NCBI GenBank assembly: GCA_049966395.1
Contig: JBMFUT010000001.1
Location: 32,779 to 96,778 of the forward strand
Length of the DNA: 64,000 nt
Origin: Candidatus Micrarchaeia archaeon
GTDB taxonomy: Archaea > Micrarchaeota > Micrarchaeia > Micrarchaeales > CABMGC01
Reading direction: 5' to 3'
Part shown: positions 36,736 through 46,336 of the stretch, one piece after another
Layout of the letters: each line of letters opens with the position of its first letter
Numbering within the stretch: the first letter of the stretch is position 1
Translations under genes and position numbers: made by a program
Notes under the pieces: generated by a model
Seen by the model: only the letters and a program-made list of their open reading frames with translations
The model's database searches: none
Told to the model about the DNA's origin: nothing

Positions 36736-38406
36736 TTACTGCTGCAGCGCGATCCACGAAGGCAGGACGCCAGTTGCATAGTTTGCCTCCACCGCATTGG
36801 TTGTGGTATTGACAATCGACACCGTGTCGAATCCCGAGTTCGCAACATATGCGTAGTGCCCTCCAGGGGAAATAGTCACGTAACTTGGAAGGAACCCCGT
36901 TTCGATTGTTTTAATGACATTGTGGCTCGTGGCGTTTATCACAAGCAGGCTGCTGCTGCCAATGTCTGTCGCATAGATGCAGTTGTTTGCCCTGTCATAG
37001 GCTATACCAAAAGGTATTATCCCTGCGTTGAAGTAAGTCACCAGCCCTGAAGTCTCGTTTATCACGGCAATCGCACCCGAGCCAGGCAGAGTGGCGTAAA
37101 CGAGGTTGCCGTTGTATGAAGAAGCCACCGCATATGGTAGGCTCTTCACGCTGACATTCCTGACGTAGTTTAAGGAAGAAGTGTTTATTGAAGAGATTAC
37201 AGAAGAGAGTTGGTTCACCACAAACAGCCTAGAGCCGTCTCCGGAGAGGGAGACAAAGGCCGGGTAGGTTTTAGTGCCTATAGTATCTATAACATTGCCC
37301 GTCTGAATATTCACCACGCTTATTTGGTTGGATCCTGAGTCGCCAACGAATGCATAGTTACCTTCAACAGCTATGCTTGAAGGGAAAGAACCAACTACGA
37401 TGGTGCCCGCGACGGTGTAATTTATCAGATTCAGTATGGCAATCTTGTTGAGCACAGTCTCAGCAACATACGCATAAGTCTGGTTAGGTGCGACCGCTAT
37501 GCTAGAAGGCGTTATGGTGTTTGCTATAGTTTCCATCGCTCCGCTGCTGGCGTTTACAACGGTGACGTTGTTAGAAAGGAAGTTAGCAATCAGTATCCTT
37601 GAAGACGAAGGTATGAAAACAACTGTTTCGTTTGCATTTATACCCGCATAAGATGCAGACACCGTAGTGGAGCCGACGCTACCGCCGCTTGAAATGTAGC
37701 TTACGTAGCTCCCCGTTGAGTTTATGGAAGAGGCTATGCTTATCGAAGGGTTGCTAGACACTAGCTGCGGGTTGGCGACCGGAAGTACAATGCCAAAGAC
37801 ATCCAGACCAACGCTTATTCCTGCACTTTGGTTTGCTTTTATTACAGAAGGAAGGCTCAGCACTATGCTTACTCTTGGCACTATGAGCCTGTTCACGTTT
37901 GTCGAGTAATCTCCCGAATAGCTTTCATGTTCAGCGTTACTGCAGTTAGCGCTTGAAATGCCGCAGTAGGACGCATTTGCCATAAGATTTCCTGAGTCGA
38001 AAGAGAGCACCGGGGCATAAGTGTTCATTTTTGCAACGCACAGGAGCGTTTGCCCTGGCTTGACTATGCCAGGGCTGCACTTTGTAGACGTTGCAGAGCC
38101 GTCGCTGTTTATGTTGAGGGAAACGTTTTTTATAGGATACGGAAGCATGTTTGAACCGAGAAGCGCCACCATCGTTCCTGTGGAGTTTGACGCCACTATT
38201 ATCGCATGGCAGTCTATTCCGTAGTCAAATTCGCATTTGGCTGGCAAAATGTTTTTGCTGCTTATGGAAGCAAAATTGAAAATCACGAAGGCAATAACTA
38301 CAAGTATTATGAAGACCGTGACGTAAACAAAGAGATATTCCATGCTCGCCTGCAACCTGTAAGTTGCGCTTCCTGCGCCTCTCCCCACCCCCACCATAGA
38401 TATCAT
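36736..38406 (-). CDS. Type IV pilin-like (class III signal peptide) surface protein with Ig-like and YVTN beta-propeller domains
   Basis: RLQASMEYLFVY plus a hydrophobic helix; C-terminal repeats P..IA..P....AYVA...VSVI. Confidence 0.8.
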   Translation of the reverse strand: MISMVGVGRGAGSATYRLQASMEYLFVYVTVFIILVVIAFVIFNFASISSKNILPAKCEFDYGIDCHAIIVASNSTGTMVALLGSNMLPYPIKNVSLNINSDGSATSTKCSPGIVKPGQTLLCVAKMNTYAPVLSFDSGNLMANASYCGISSANCSNAEHESYSGDYSTNVNRLIVPRVSIVLSLPSVIKANQSAGISVGLDVFGIVLPVANPQLVSSNPSISIASSINSTGSYVSYISSGGSVGSTTVSASYAGINANETVVFIPSSSRILIANFLSNNVTVVNASSGAMETIANTITPSSIAVAPNQTYAYVAETVLNKIAILNLINYTVAGTIVVGSFPSSIAVEGNYAFVGDSGSNQISVVNIQTGNVIDTIGTKTYPAFVSLSGDGSRLFVVNQLSSVISSINTSSLNYVRNVSVKSLPYAVASSYNGNLVYATLPGSGAIAVINETSGLVTYFNAGIIPFGIAYDRANNCIYATDIGSSSLLVINATSHNVIKTIETGFLPSYVTISPGGHYAYVANSGFDTVSIVNTTTNAVEANYATGVLPSWIALQQ

Positions 38407-38546
38407 GATTAACTATCTTTAATTAGATATTTAAACCATAGCGAAAGGTTTATAATGGCCTGCCCGCTTTTTTGCCACGTGGAAATTTCATTCCGAGGAC
38501 AAAGCATTTCAGCATTTCCTATAAGTAGCTTCAAGCAGCTGAAAAT

Positions 38547-39179
38547 TCAGCGCCTTTCCATGTATTTTGCCATGCTCTCCAAGCTGTCGAAAATGAAATC
38601 AGGCTTCGCGCCCTTCAGCGCGGCTATGCTGTTCATTCCCCCTCCAACGCCGCAGGAGCGAACTCCAGCAAACTTCGCTGTGAAAATGTCTGACGCCATG
38701 TCCCCAACGTATACGCTGCGTTCTTTTCCAACTCTTGCTTCCTTGAGTATTATTTCTATCCCGGTCGGGTTTGGCTTGTACGCCTTTATAGTGTCTGCTG
38801 AAAGCAGGTAGTCTATTCTCCTGCTTATTCCGTTCATCCTTATCTCTCTTATTATCCTGTAGCGCTTCGCGTCCGTGAACACAGCAACTTTCTTTCCGCT
38901 TTCCTTTAGCGCGTCAAGGAGCTCTGTCGCGCCCCTCCTGAGCTTCGGTTTCGCAAAAAGCGAGTAGACCTCGTAAATTTTTGCATAAATATCATTCTTC
39001 TCCTCTTCCCTCTCCATAACCCTCATGTCGACTCTGCCTGCAGCTGCATTTTTATTGAACAGCTGGGAATGCGCGACAATGTAACTAGGGGAATATCTTA
39101 TTTTGAAGAAACGGGAGAATCTCACTATGGCAGTGGAGGTGCTCAGCGTTCCATCCCAGTCGAATATAAAAAGCTTCAT
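38547..39179 (-). CDS. HAD-superfamily phosphatase (Gph-like)
   Basis: IFDWDGTL, KPNP, YVGDMASDI. Confidence 0.9.
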   Translation of the reverse strand: MKLFIFDWDGTLSTSTAIVRFSRFFKIRYSPSYIVAHSQLFNKNAAAGRVDMRVMEREEEKNDIYAKIYEVYSLFAKPKLRRGATELLDALKESGKKVAVFTDAKRYRIIREIRMNGISRRIDYLLSADTIKAYKPNPTGIEIILKEARVGKERSVYVGDMASDIFTAKFAGVRSCGVGGGMNSIAALKGAKPDFIFDSLESMAKYMERR

Positions 39180-39289
39180 CTCTTCAAGTTGCATAAGAAT
39201 TAATAAATTTGCCAACAAATAAAAGGGTATGTGATGAGAAAGGTGATCACTGAGCGCTTGCTATGAAGAGTGATAGGTAGCCTGATTAG

Positions 39290-40156
39290 ATGGTAGAAAG
39301 AGCAAATGTGTTAAGGAAACTCGGGAAGAGCGGCATAACAGCCAGCGACATTTCAAGCCAGCTTTGGTGCGAGAAGCAGATGGAGCTAAACTACATGTAT
39401 GGCAAGAGGTACACCAAGGCGATGACCGAAGGTAGCAGGATACACAGCGAGCTTGAGGACGAGGTGCGCGTTGCGCTCTCTGCTGAGCCAATAACCTATT
39501 ATGACTCGCTCTACAAGATAGGCTACGAGAGCTACTTCGCGCTCAAGGGTCTCGCCGAAAAGAAGATAGGAAGGGAAATAAGAATATATGGCTCGGTCAA
39601 CGGTTACAGGATCACCGGTCAAATAGACGAGCTTAGGCTGAAGGGAGGCAATACAGTGGTTGTAGAAAACAAGACAAAGGAATCAGGCAAGCCTATAGAC
39701 GAGGCGGTGCTAAGGCCGCACAGGGCCCAGGTAATGCTCTACAGGAAAATGCTTGACGACATAAAGAGCGGCGCTTACTCTTATGAAAATTTTGCCAGCA
39801 CCTACAGGATAGGAAGCGGCGAGCTTTCAGAGCAGTTTGTAAAGCAGCTCAAGGTACTTGGCTTGGAGAGCGGCATGATAAGCCTAAGTAAAATATACTC
39901 TTCTGTCTTCGATGCAATAATGTCCCTTCCGAAGCTGAGCGACAAGCTCGAAATACACTACATAGACAGGTTCACAGGAAGCACTATAGCCGACGTATAC
40001 GTTGAGTACAGCGCCGACCAGATAAACAGCATACTTGTCGACTCAATGGGCTACTGGAATGGCGAGAGGGAGGCAAGGCCAGTGCCGCGGGAGGAAAAAT
40101 GGAAATGCAACTTCTGCAAGTTCTTCGGCAGGGAGTGCAAGGTTTATAGCAAGTGA
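39290..40156 (+). CDS. Exonuclease V (Exo5)/Cas4-like PD-(D/E)XK nuclease with Fe-S cysteines
   Basis: ITASDISSQLWCEKQ, AMTEGSRIHSELE, GQIDEL...VVENKT, QVMLY, EEKWKCNFCKFFGREC. Confidence 0.82.
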   Translation: MVERANVLRKLGKSGITASDISSQLWCEKQMELNYMYGKRYTKAMTEGSRIHSELEDEVRVALSAEPITYYDSLYKIGYESYFALKGLAEKKIGREIRIYGSVNGYRITGQIDELRLKGGNTVVVENKTKESGKPIDEAVLRPHRAQVMLYRKMLDDIKSGAYSYENFASTYRIGSGELSEQFVKQLKVLGLESGMISLSKIYSSVFDAIMSLPKLSDKLEIHYIDRFTGSTIADVYVEYSADQINSILVDSMGYWNGEREARPVPREEKWKCNFCKFFGRECKVYSK

Positions 40157-40160
40157 TGCT

Positions 40161-42821
40161 ATGGAAAAAGCACCAAAATTGGACAAGGAGAAACTGAGAG
40201 TCAAGTTCTCTGAGGATTACAATAGATACTACGGCACCGAGCTTTTCGAAAGGGAGGGCTTCAAGAGGAGGAAGTGCAAGATATGTGGCAAATACTTCTG
40301 GAGCATAGAGGACAGGGAAGTGTGCGACGATCCAATTCACACGCCATATTCTTTCTTCAAGGAGAAGCCGGTGGAAATAAGCTACGTTGAACTATGGTCT
40401 AAATTCTCAGACTTCTTCAAGAAAAATGGCCACGAGGAAATTCCAAGATATCCGGTAGTAAGCAGATGGCGCCCAGATTTGTATTTCACAATTGCCGATA
40501 TACAGGACTTCCAGAGAATAGAGAATGGGAGAATGAGCTTCGAGTATCCCGCTAACCCTCTAATAGTGCCTCAGATGTGCCTAAGATTCAACGACATAGA
40601 AAACGTCGGCGTCACTGGAGGGCACTTCACAGGCTTCATGATGGCAGGCCAGAAGGCGTTCAACTATCCCAAGGAAGGATATTGGAGAGACCAGACGATA
40701 GATCTCAACTACAAATTCCTTACTGAAGTGCTTAACATAAAGAAGGAGAAAATAGTCTACAGCGAGGACGTTTGGGCGATGGGGGACTTTTCAGAGTTCG
40801 GCCCGTGCCTTGAAAGCTACTCTAGTGGCACAGAGCTTGTCGACAGCGTGTTCACAGAGTTCGAGTCGTCAAACGGCGTGGTGAGGGAACTTGATGGCAA
40901 GGTAGTAGACGTCGGATGGGGTTTCGAAAGGCTGCTGTGGTTTTACACCGGCTACGACAATGCATACGAGGCTACATTCCACGCGACGCTCAATAAGCTC
41001 AGGAAGCAGCTAGGCATTGATTTTGACGATAAGCTTTACAGGAAGTTTGCAACTTACGCGGGCTCGCTTAACATTACAGAAATAAAAGACGTGAGGGAAA
41101 AGGAGGCCGAGATACTAAAGCGCAGCGGCGTGTCGGAAGAAGAGTACTCAAAGCTGATAAAGCCAATGCAGGCCGTTTATGCAATACTGGACCACACAAG
41201 GACTTTGCTCTTTGCAGTATCAGACGGCGCGCTTCCTTCAAACTGGGGAGGCGGTTACAACCTTAGAGTCATATTGAGGAGAGCATTCTCTTTCATAGAG
41301 AACTACAACCTTGATTTGGATCTTTCGGAAGTCGCAAGGAGTATAGCTTCAGAGCTGCATCCGCTTTATCCGGAGCTATCCGACAACATAGAGATATTCA
41401 AGAAGGTTGTCGATATAGAAAAGGAGAGATATTCAAAGAGCAAGGAAAACGCCAGGAAGATAGTAGAGTCTATAATAGCAAAGGGTGCTAAGATAACAGG
41501 CAAGGAGCTGAAGACCCTTTACGAGAGCAACGGTGTCACGCCGGAGTTCATATCCTCAATAGCTTCTAGCCGCAATGTCAAAATAGAGATGCCTGAAAGC
41601 AGCTACGAGGATATAATAGAAGGGGATTTCGCAAAGCAGGAGAAGGAACCAGCAATAGAGATAAACCTGCCAGAGCTTCCAAAAACGAAACAGCTTTACT
41701 ACGATTTTAAGGAGGACAGCAAGTCCAAAGTTCTTTTTGCAGAAGGCAAGCATATAGTGCTTGACGCAACGCCTTTCTATCCAGAAGGCGGCGGGCAGCT
41801 GGCGGACACTGGAACAATAGAAGGCATGAGAGTAAAGGACGTTCAGAAGGCAGGCGACGTGATAGTCCACATAATGGAAGATGACATTTCAGGAAAGATC
41901 AAGAAAGGCGCAGAAGTGGAAGCCAAGGTGGACATAAATAGAAGGAACCAGCTCATAGCTCACCACACCGCGACGCACCTGATAACTTCTGCTGCAAGGG
42001 CCGTTTTGGGCAAGCACGCATGGCAGGAAGGCGCAAGCAAGGGAGTCGAAAAAGCGCATGTTGACATATCACATTACGACAAGCTCTCCGACGAGGAGGT
42101 ACGCAAAATAGAATCGATAGTGAACAGGGAGCTTAGGGAAGGGATAAAGGTTAGCCTGGAGGAGCTCGACAGGGGTACTGCCGAAAGCAAGTACGGCTTC
42201 ACAATATACCAGGGGCACGGCGTGCCTGCAAAGCAGATGAGAATAATAGTAATACGCTCCATGCAAGGCAAGCTCATAGACGCGGAGGCGTGCGGCGGCC
42301 TGCATGCCATAGGCAGGGAAAACCTCATAGGCATGGTGAAGATAATAAACACGTACCGCATACACGATGGCGTCGACAGGATAGAGTTCGTGGCAGGCGA
42401 AGCCGCGCTAAAGCGCTTCCAGGCAGAGCATAGCGAGCTTGTGGCTGCCTCGCAACTTCTGAACTCCGAAGTCACAAAGGTGGCAGAAGCCATAGAGAAG
42501 CTCAAAGAAGCAAACAGGAATTTCTACAAGGATTCGGAGCTCTACGCAGACGCGATATCCGAAATCATATCTTCATACGGGGCCGGCAAAGAGGTGATAG
42601 AGCACTCGCTTGAAGTGAAGAAGGAAGCCCTGCGCAAGATAGCTTCCAAGGTGGCAGAGAAGAACAGCTCTAGCATAGTGCTTCTCACCAACAGCAAAAA
42701 AGAAGTAGTATGCATGGCAGGGAGCAATTCAAAGAAGAGTGCTATCGATTTCGTCAAGTCTCGCTTCGGGAGCAACTTCAAGGGCGGCGGCTCTTCAAAG
42801 GCAGCCGAGGGCGTGGCATAG
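40161..42821 (+). CDS. alaS: Alanine--tRNA ligase
   Basis: RYPVVSRWRPDLYFT, QMCLRFND, DVGWGFER, DHTRT, FYPEGGGQ, HHTATH, ACGGLH, GGGS. Confidence 0.97.
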   Translation: MEKAPKLDKEKLRVKFSEDYNRYYGTELFEREGFKRRKCKICGKYFWSIEDREVCDDPIHTPYSFFKEKPVEISYVELWSKFSDFFKKNGHEEIPRYPVVSRWRPDLYFTIADIQDFQRIENGRMSFEYPANPLIVPQMCLRFNDIENVGVTGGHFTGFMMAGQKAFNYPKEGYWRDQTIDLNYKFLTEVLNIKKEKIVYSEDVWAMGDFSEFGPCLESYSSGTELVDSVFTEFESSNGVVRELDGKVVDVGWGFERLLWFYTGYDNAYEATFHATLNKLRKQLGIDFDDKLYRKFATYAGSLNITEIKDVREKEAEILKRSGVSEEEYSKLIKPMQAVYAILDHTRTLLFAVSDGALPSNWGGGYNLRVILRRAFSFIENYNLDLDLSEVARSIASELHPLYPELSDNIEIFKKVVDIEKERYSKSKENARKIVESIIAKGAKITGKELKTLYESNGVTPEFISSIASSRNVKIEMPESSYEDIIEGDFAKQEKEPAIEINLPELPKTKQLYYDFKEDSKSKVLFAEGKHIVLDATPFYPEGGGQLADTGTIEGMRVKDVQKAGDVIVHIMEDDISGKIKKGAEVEAKVDINRRNQLIAHHTATHLITSAARAVLGKHAWQEGASKGVEKAHVDISHYDKLSDEEVRKIESIVNRELREGIKVSLEELDRGTAESKYGFTIYQGHGVPAKQMRIIVIRSMQGKLIDAEACGGLHAIGRENLIGMVKIINTYRIHDGVDRIEFVAGEAALKRFQAEHSELVAASQLLNSEVTKVAEAIEKLKEANRNFYKDSELYADAISEIISSYGAGKEVIEHSLEVKKEALRKIASKVAEKNSSSIVLLTNSKKEVVCMAGSNSKKSAIDFVKSRFGSNFKGGGSSKAAEGVA

Positions 42822-43325
42822 GTGGATGCTTTGGACCTCTATGCTCTGTTAATATACCCTATAATATACATACTTCCTGCATATGTTGCCAACGGCGCCC
42901 CCGTAATTTTTGGCGGAGGTAGGCCTATTGACTTTAACAAAAAACTTTTCGGAAAGCGCATATTCGGGAGCCACAAAACCATAAGGGGTCTTGTTGCCGG
43001 AATTGCCTCAGGGATAATAGTTGCCGCGGCCGAATCTGTATTCTTGCCATACATGCTGGAAATAGGGCTCCTCCTTGCAATCGGCACACATGTAGGAGAT
43101 CTGCTTAACAGCTTCATAAAAAGGCAGGCGGGAATGAAGCCGGGCGTAGGCGTGCCACTTCTTGATCAGTACATGTTCTTCGTAGTCGCTGTCCTTTTTG
43201 CCTTGCCAATGGGTCATCTGCCTGGCGTTATCGGGATGCTATTCCTAATTGTGCTCACCGGCCTGCTTCACAAGCTTACAAATGTCGGAGCGAATAGGAT
43301 CGGGCTTAAAAAGGTGTCATGGTAA
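42822..43325 (+). CDS. carS: CDP-archaeol synthase
   Basis: PAYVANGAPV, PIDF, GSHKTIRG, GDLLNSFIKR, LLDQ. Confidence 0.93.
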   Translation: MDALDLYALLIYPIIYILPAYVANGAPVIFGGGRPIDFNKKLFGKRIFGSHKTIRGLVAGIASGIIVAAAESVFLPYMLEIGLLLAIGTHVGDLLNSFIKRQAGMKPGVGVPLLDQYMFFVVAVLFALPMGHLPGVIGMLFLIVLTGLLHKLTNVGANRIGLKKVSW

Positions 43326-43332
43326 AATTCGC

Positions 43333-44787
43333 TTAATAGAAGAACCACGGCAGCACGTTGACAACAAGCGCGATTATAACAATTGCACCCAAGATGTTGA
43401 GCGCCTTGCTATTGATCTCTAGCTTGTATATCTGCCATCCATCAAAGCCCGGAATTGGCAGCAGGTTCACTATCGCAACAAGGAAGTTGAGCAGGAAAGA
43501 GAGCGCGAAAAGCACGTAGAAAAAGTTGCCCACGCTTCCAGCGATGCCCTTGTCTACGATTTCCTTCTCGGCTATGTAAACCCCTATTTTTCCAGTTGAA
43601 TTGGTCCTGAAAGAATAGCTTCCATTGTTAGTCACTACGCTTACAGTAGAGAATGGGGTGTCGTTCCTTGCAGCATATACGAAACTCGAGAGATTCCTTA
43701 TCGGATATCCGTTCCACTCTTCCACAATCGATCCAGGGGCAATGACATTGTACGCCGGGTAATTAGGTATTGTCGAATATACTTCAACAACAGTTTTCTC
43801 TATGCCTGGCATTATTGCATATGCCATTACAAGCATGAGCGCAAAGAATATTACCGAAAGCACCATGTTGGAAGTTACTCCAGCCACAAATATCCTCTCC
43901 TGCTTTGTCTTGTCAAGCTTTTTTATTTCTTTTTCTTCAGGCTCCACGTATGCCCCCGCCGGCACTACCCCAAGAAGCACGAGCCCTATGGACTTCAGCT
44001 TTACCTTTGCTATCCTTGCGAGCACACCATGGGAAAATTCATGCACTATGAGAAGTATAACAAGCGATATTATTCCGGCCAGCAAAGGCATGTCTATGCC
44101 AGGAATGACAGGCGCTACCCCAGCAATCTGGCTGCTTATGGCGCCGGTGTTGGGATGCGCGGTGAACAGGCTTGCCAGATAAACAGAGAGCCCAACCATT
44201 ATCTTGACGGCATTGTAAAGTATTGCAGAAAATGTGAGGACAGAAAACCCTCCCGCAACGGTAAGAGCCCCAAGGGTGTACCCCTCTATGCTGGGCGCCG
44301 CGCTTGCCGAAGAAGATTCGCTGGCAAGCATGCTACTGATCTTTGGTATGTTTATGAAGTTCATTGCTAGCTGCAGCTGGGTAAAAACGAAAACGAAGAG
44401 AAGCACGAGCGCCACCATGCCGAATGCAATCTTCTTTTTGCTCATCCTATGCCTGAACACCACGAAAGAAAGCAGCCCTAGGCTGAGCACAAGCCCAATG
44501 TCGGCAACGTTTGTCCAGAGGCGCTGGTGCTTTTTTGAAATGCTGTCTATGAAAGATATTCCGTGCCTGCTGCCTATCATGTACATTCCGTACCCGCCGT
44601 TGAGCCCGTTGAGCACAGTTATCATTTCCCCGCTCACTATCAGCGCGGCTATGGCTATAAACCACGCCAGAATTGAATTTATTCCTGAAACATAGTCAAA
44701 TGCAAGCAGTGCTACCGTCGCCGTCGCAGTTGCAGCGGTAAACAGCTTTCTGTGCTTTGACAAATGCTTTCGCTTCTCTTTTGCCAT
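43333..44787 (-). CDS. Site-2 protease (M50) with a PDZ-like domain
   Basis: VHEFSHG, GAYVEP, AGVTSN, NLLPIPGFDG. Confidence 0.93.
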   Translation of the reverse strand: MAKEKRKHLSKHRKLFTAATATATVALLAFDYVSGINSILAWFIAIAALIVSGEMITVLNGLNGGYGMYMIGSRHGISFIDSISKKHQRLWTNVADIGLVLSLGLLSFVVFRHRMSKKKIAFGMVALVLLFVFVFTQLQLAMNFINIPKISSMLASESSSASAAPSIEGYTLGALTVAGGFSVLTFSAILYNAVKIMVGLSVYLASLFTAHPNTGAISSQIAGVAPVIPGIDMPLLAGIISLVILLIVHEFSHGVLARIAKVKLKSIGLVLLGVVPAGAYVEPEEKEIKKLDKTKQERIFVAGVTSNMVLSVIFFALMLVMAYAIMPGIEKTVVEVYSTIPNYPAYNVIAPGSIVEEWNGYPIRNLSSFVYAARNDTPFSTVSVVTNNGSYSFRTNSTGKIGVYIAEKEIVDKGIAGSVGNFFYVLFALSFLLNFLVAIVNLLPIPGFDGWQIYKLEINSKALNILGAIVIIALVVNVLPWFFY

Positions 44788-44844
44788 AATACCTACGTGG
44801 ATTCCAAAATCTGGTCTTGCGCGGAATTATTGCGTAAATTACTT

Positions 44845-45570
44845 TTATAAAATTGCATGCTTCAATTCGGTTAAGCCGGATGAAGAAAAATCCCTTATCA
44901 GGTCCCTTCCCTCTATGAATGCAAAACCTTTTTTCCTTGCATAGGCAGCCGCCGCTTTTTTAGCAAGCGACAGGCCGTCATCTCCAAGCATCTCGACTAT
45001 GGTTGTAGAAGGTATTATCCCAGCACGGTATGCAAGGTACACAGAAAGTTCAGTGTGCCCCTTGCGCTCACCCAGAAGCCCTTTTGAGGCGATCAGAGTA
45101 AAAACATGCCCCGGGGCCCTAAATTTTCTTCCAAATTCCTTTCTCACAGACTTAATCATGCGCTCGCCACTGGCATCGACAGCCTTCTCTACTATTTTGG
45201 CGAATTCCAATATTGTCAGAGCCCTGTCGACGTCCGGTATGCCCGTAAACGTTTTCCTGTGGTTGATTGTTATCGAGAAAGAGGACTTTTCTCCGTAAGG
45301 TATGTCGTTAGGGTAAAGCAGTTTTGCGAACTCCATGCCGCTTTTCTCATAAATGTTTGTCAGGTAATCCAAGCCGAGCACTTTCGCCGCTGCGCTTGGC
45401 ATGGTCACGCATATGAGCCCTCCCCCGTCACTGCGCATCATCCTTATTGCAGAAGGAGTTATGAACTGCGAGCCAAACACTATGTCGGTTTCGCCCTCCC
45501 TTTTCGCAGAATCAAAAACGAGGACAGGCCTCCCCTTCCTAAGCTCCGCAATCGCCTTTTCTAGCTGCAT
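44845..45570 (-). CDS. ribB: 3,4-dihydroxy-2-butanone 4-phosphate synthase
   Basis: DSAKREGETD, GGLIC, TFTGIPDVDR, FRAPGHV, RKGHTE. ATG 45570 is about 25 nt from a TATA-like sequence (alternative start 45585). Confidence 0.94.
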   Translation of the reverse strand: MQLEKAIAELRKGRPVLVFDSAKREGETDIVFGSQFITPSAIRMMRSDGGGLICVTMPSAAAKVLGLDYLTNIYEKSGMEFAKLLYPNDIPYGEKSSFSITINHRKTFTGIPDVDRALTILEFAKIVEKAVDASGERMIKSVRKEFGRKFRAPGHVFTLIASKGLLGERKGHTELSVYLAYRAGIIPSTTIVEMLGDDGLSLAKKAAAAYARKKGFAFIEGRDLIRDFSSSGLTELKHAIL

Positions 45571-45876
45571 AATTTTATTTTTCATGCAAAATATAATAAA
45601 CCATCTAAACTTTTGGTTGATTCACCTAAAAAGCTGCGATCAACCAACATATGCGCTGCTCCTGTGTCAAAACTACACGTTATAACTGAATTGGCAAAAC
45701 AAAATATATATCAACTTTAACTGTGCAATAAGAATGGCCATTGTCGGTGCCATTATACCAAATTGAAATCCCACGGCTGGATTAGTGGGACGGCGTCACA
45801 TTTGCACTGCAGAAGCATTTGTGTGGCTGCTTTGCAGCGCAATTTAGGACAGTTCAAGCCACATGTTGGGGATTTT

Positions 45877-46332
45877 ATGGAAGAGTGCGAGATTTGCGGC
45901 AAGCCTACGGACGTTGTGTATGTTGTGGAGATAGAAGGCGCAGAGATGCACGTTTGCGAGAGCTGCGCGAAGGGCAAGAAAATAATAGAGAAAATATCTG
46001 AAAAGCCGGAAGTGATTCACCGTGCCACAGTCGCAATGCGGCAGGAAGAGGAGCTAATAGACAATTATGGCACGGCGGTCAGGAAGGCAAGGGAGAAGCT
46101 AGACATGCCCCTCAAGACGCTAGCCGAAAGGCTCAATGAAAAAGAGAGCATGCTCCGAAGGGTGGAAGAGGAAAAAATGCTTCCAAGCGACGAGCTTGTC
46201 AAAAAGCTGGAGCGCGAGCTAGGCATAAAGCTCACTGCGGCTCCAAAGGCCGATTTGTCTAGCGCGAGGCCAGGGAGGGACGCCCCGATAACATTGGGCG
46301 ACGCCGCTTCAAGGAAGGATCAGAAGAAGTGA
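45877..46332 (+). CDS. mbf1: Multiprotein bridging factor 1 (aMBF1)
   Basis: CEICG...IEGAEMHVCESC zinc ribbon, HTH, and ITLGD motif. Confidence 0.93.
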   Translation: MEECEICGKPTDVVYVVEIEGAEMHVCESCAKGKKIIEKISEKPEVIHRATVAMRQEEELIDNYGTAVRKAREKLDMPLKTLAERLNEKESMLRRVEEEKMLPSDELVKKLERELGIKLTAAPKADLSSARPGRDAPITLGDAASRKDQKK

Positions 46333-46336
46333 GCCC

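Noticed and set aside
39290..40156. Cas4 as evidence of a CRISPR-Cas locus
   Set aside because: No cas1/cas2 or array; housekeeping context; motifs are closer to Exo5.
45586..45876. FMN riboswitch upstream of ribB
   Set aside because: No RFN consensus segments on either strand.
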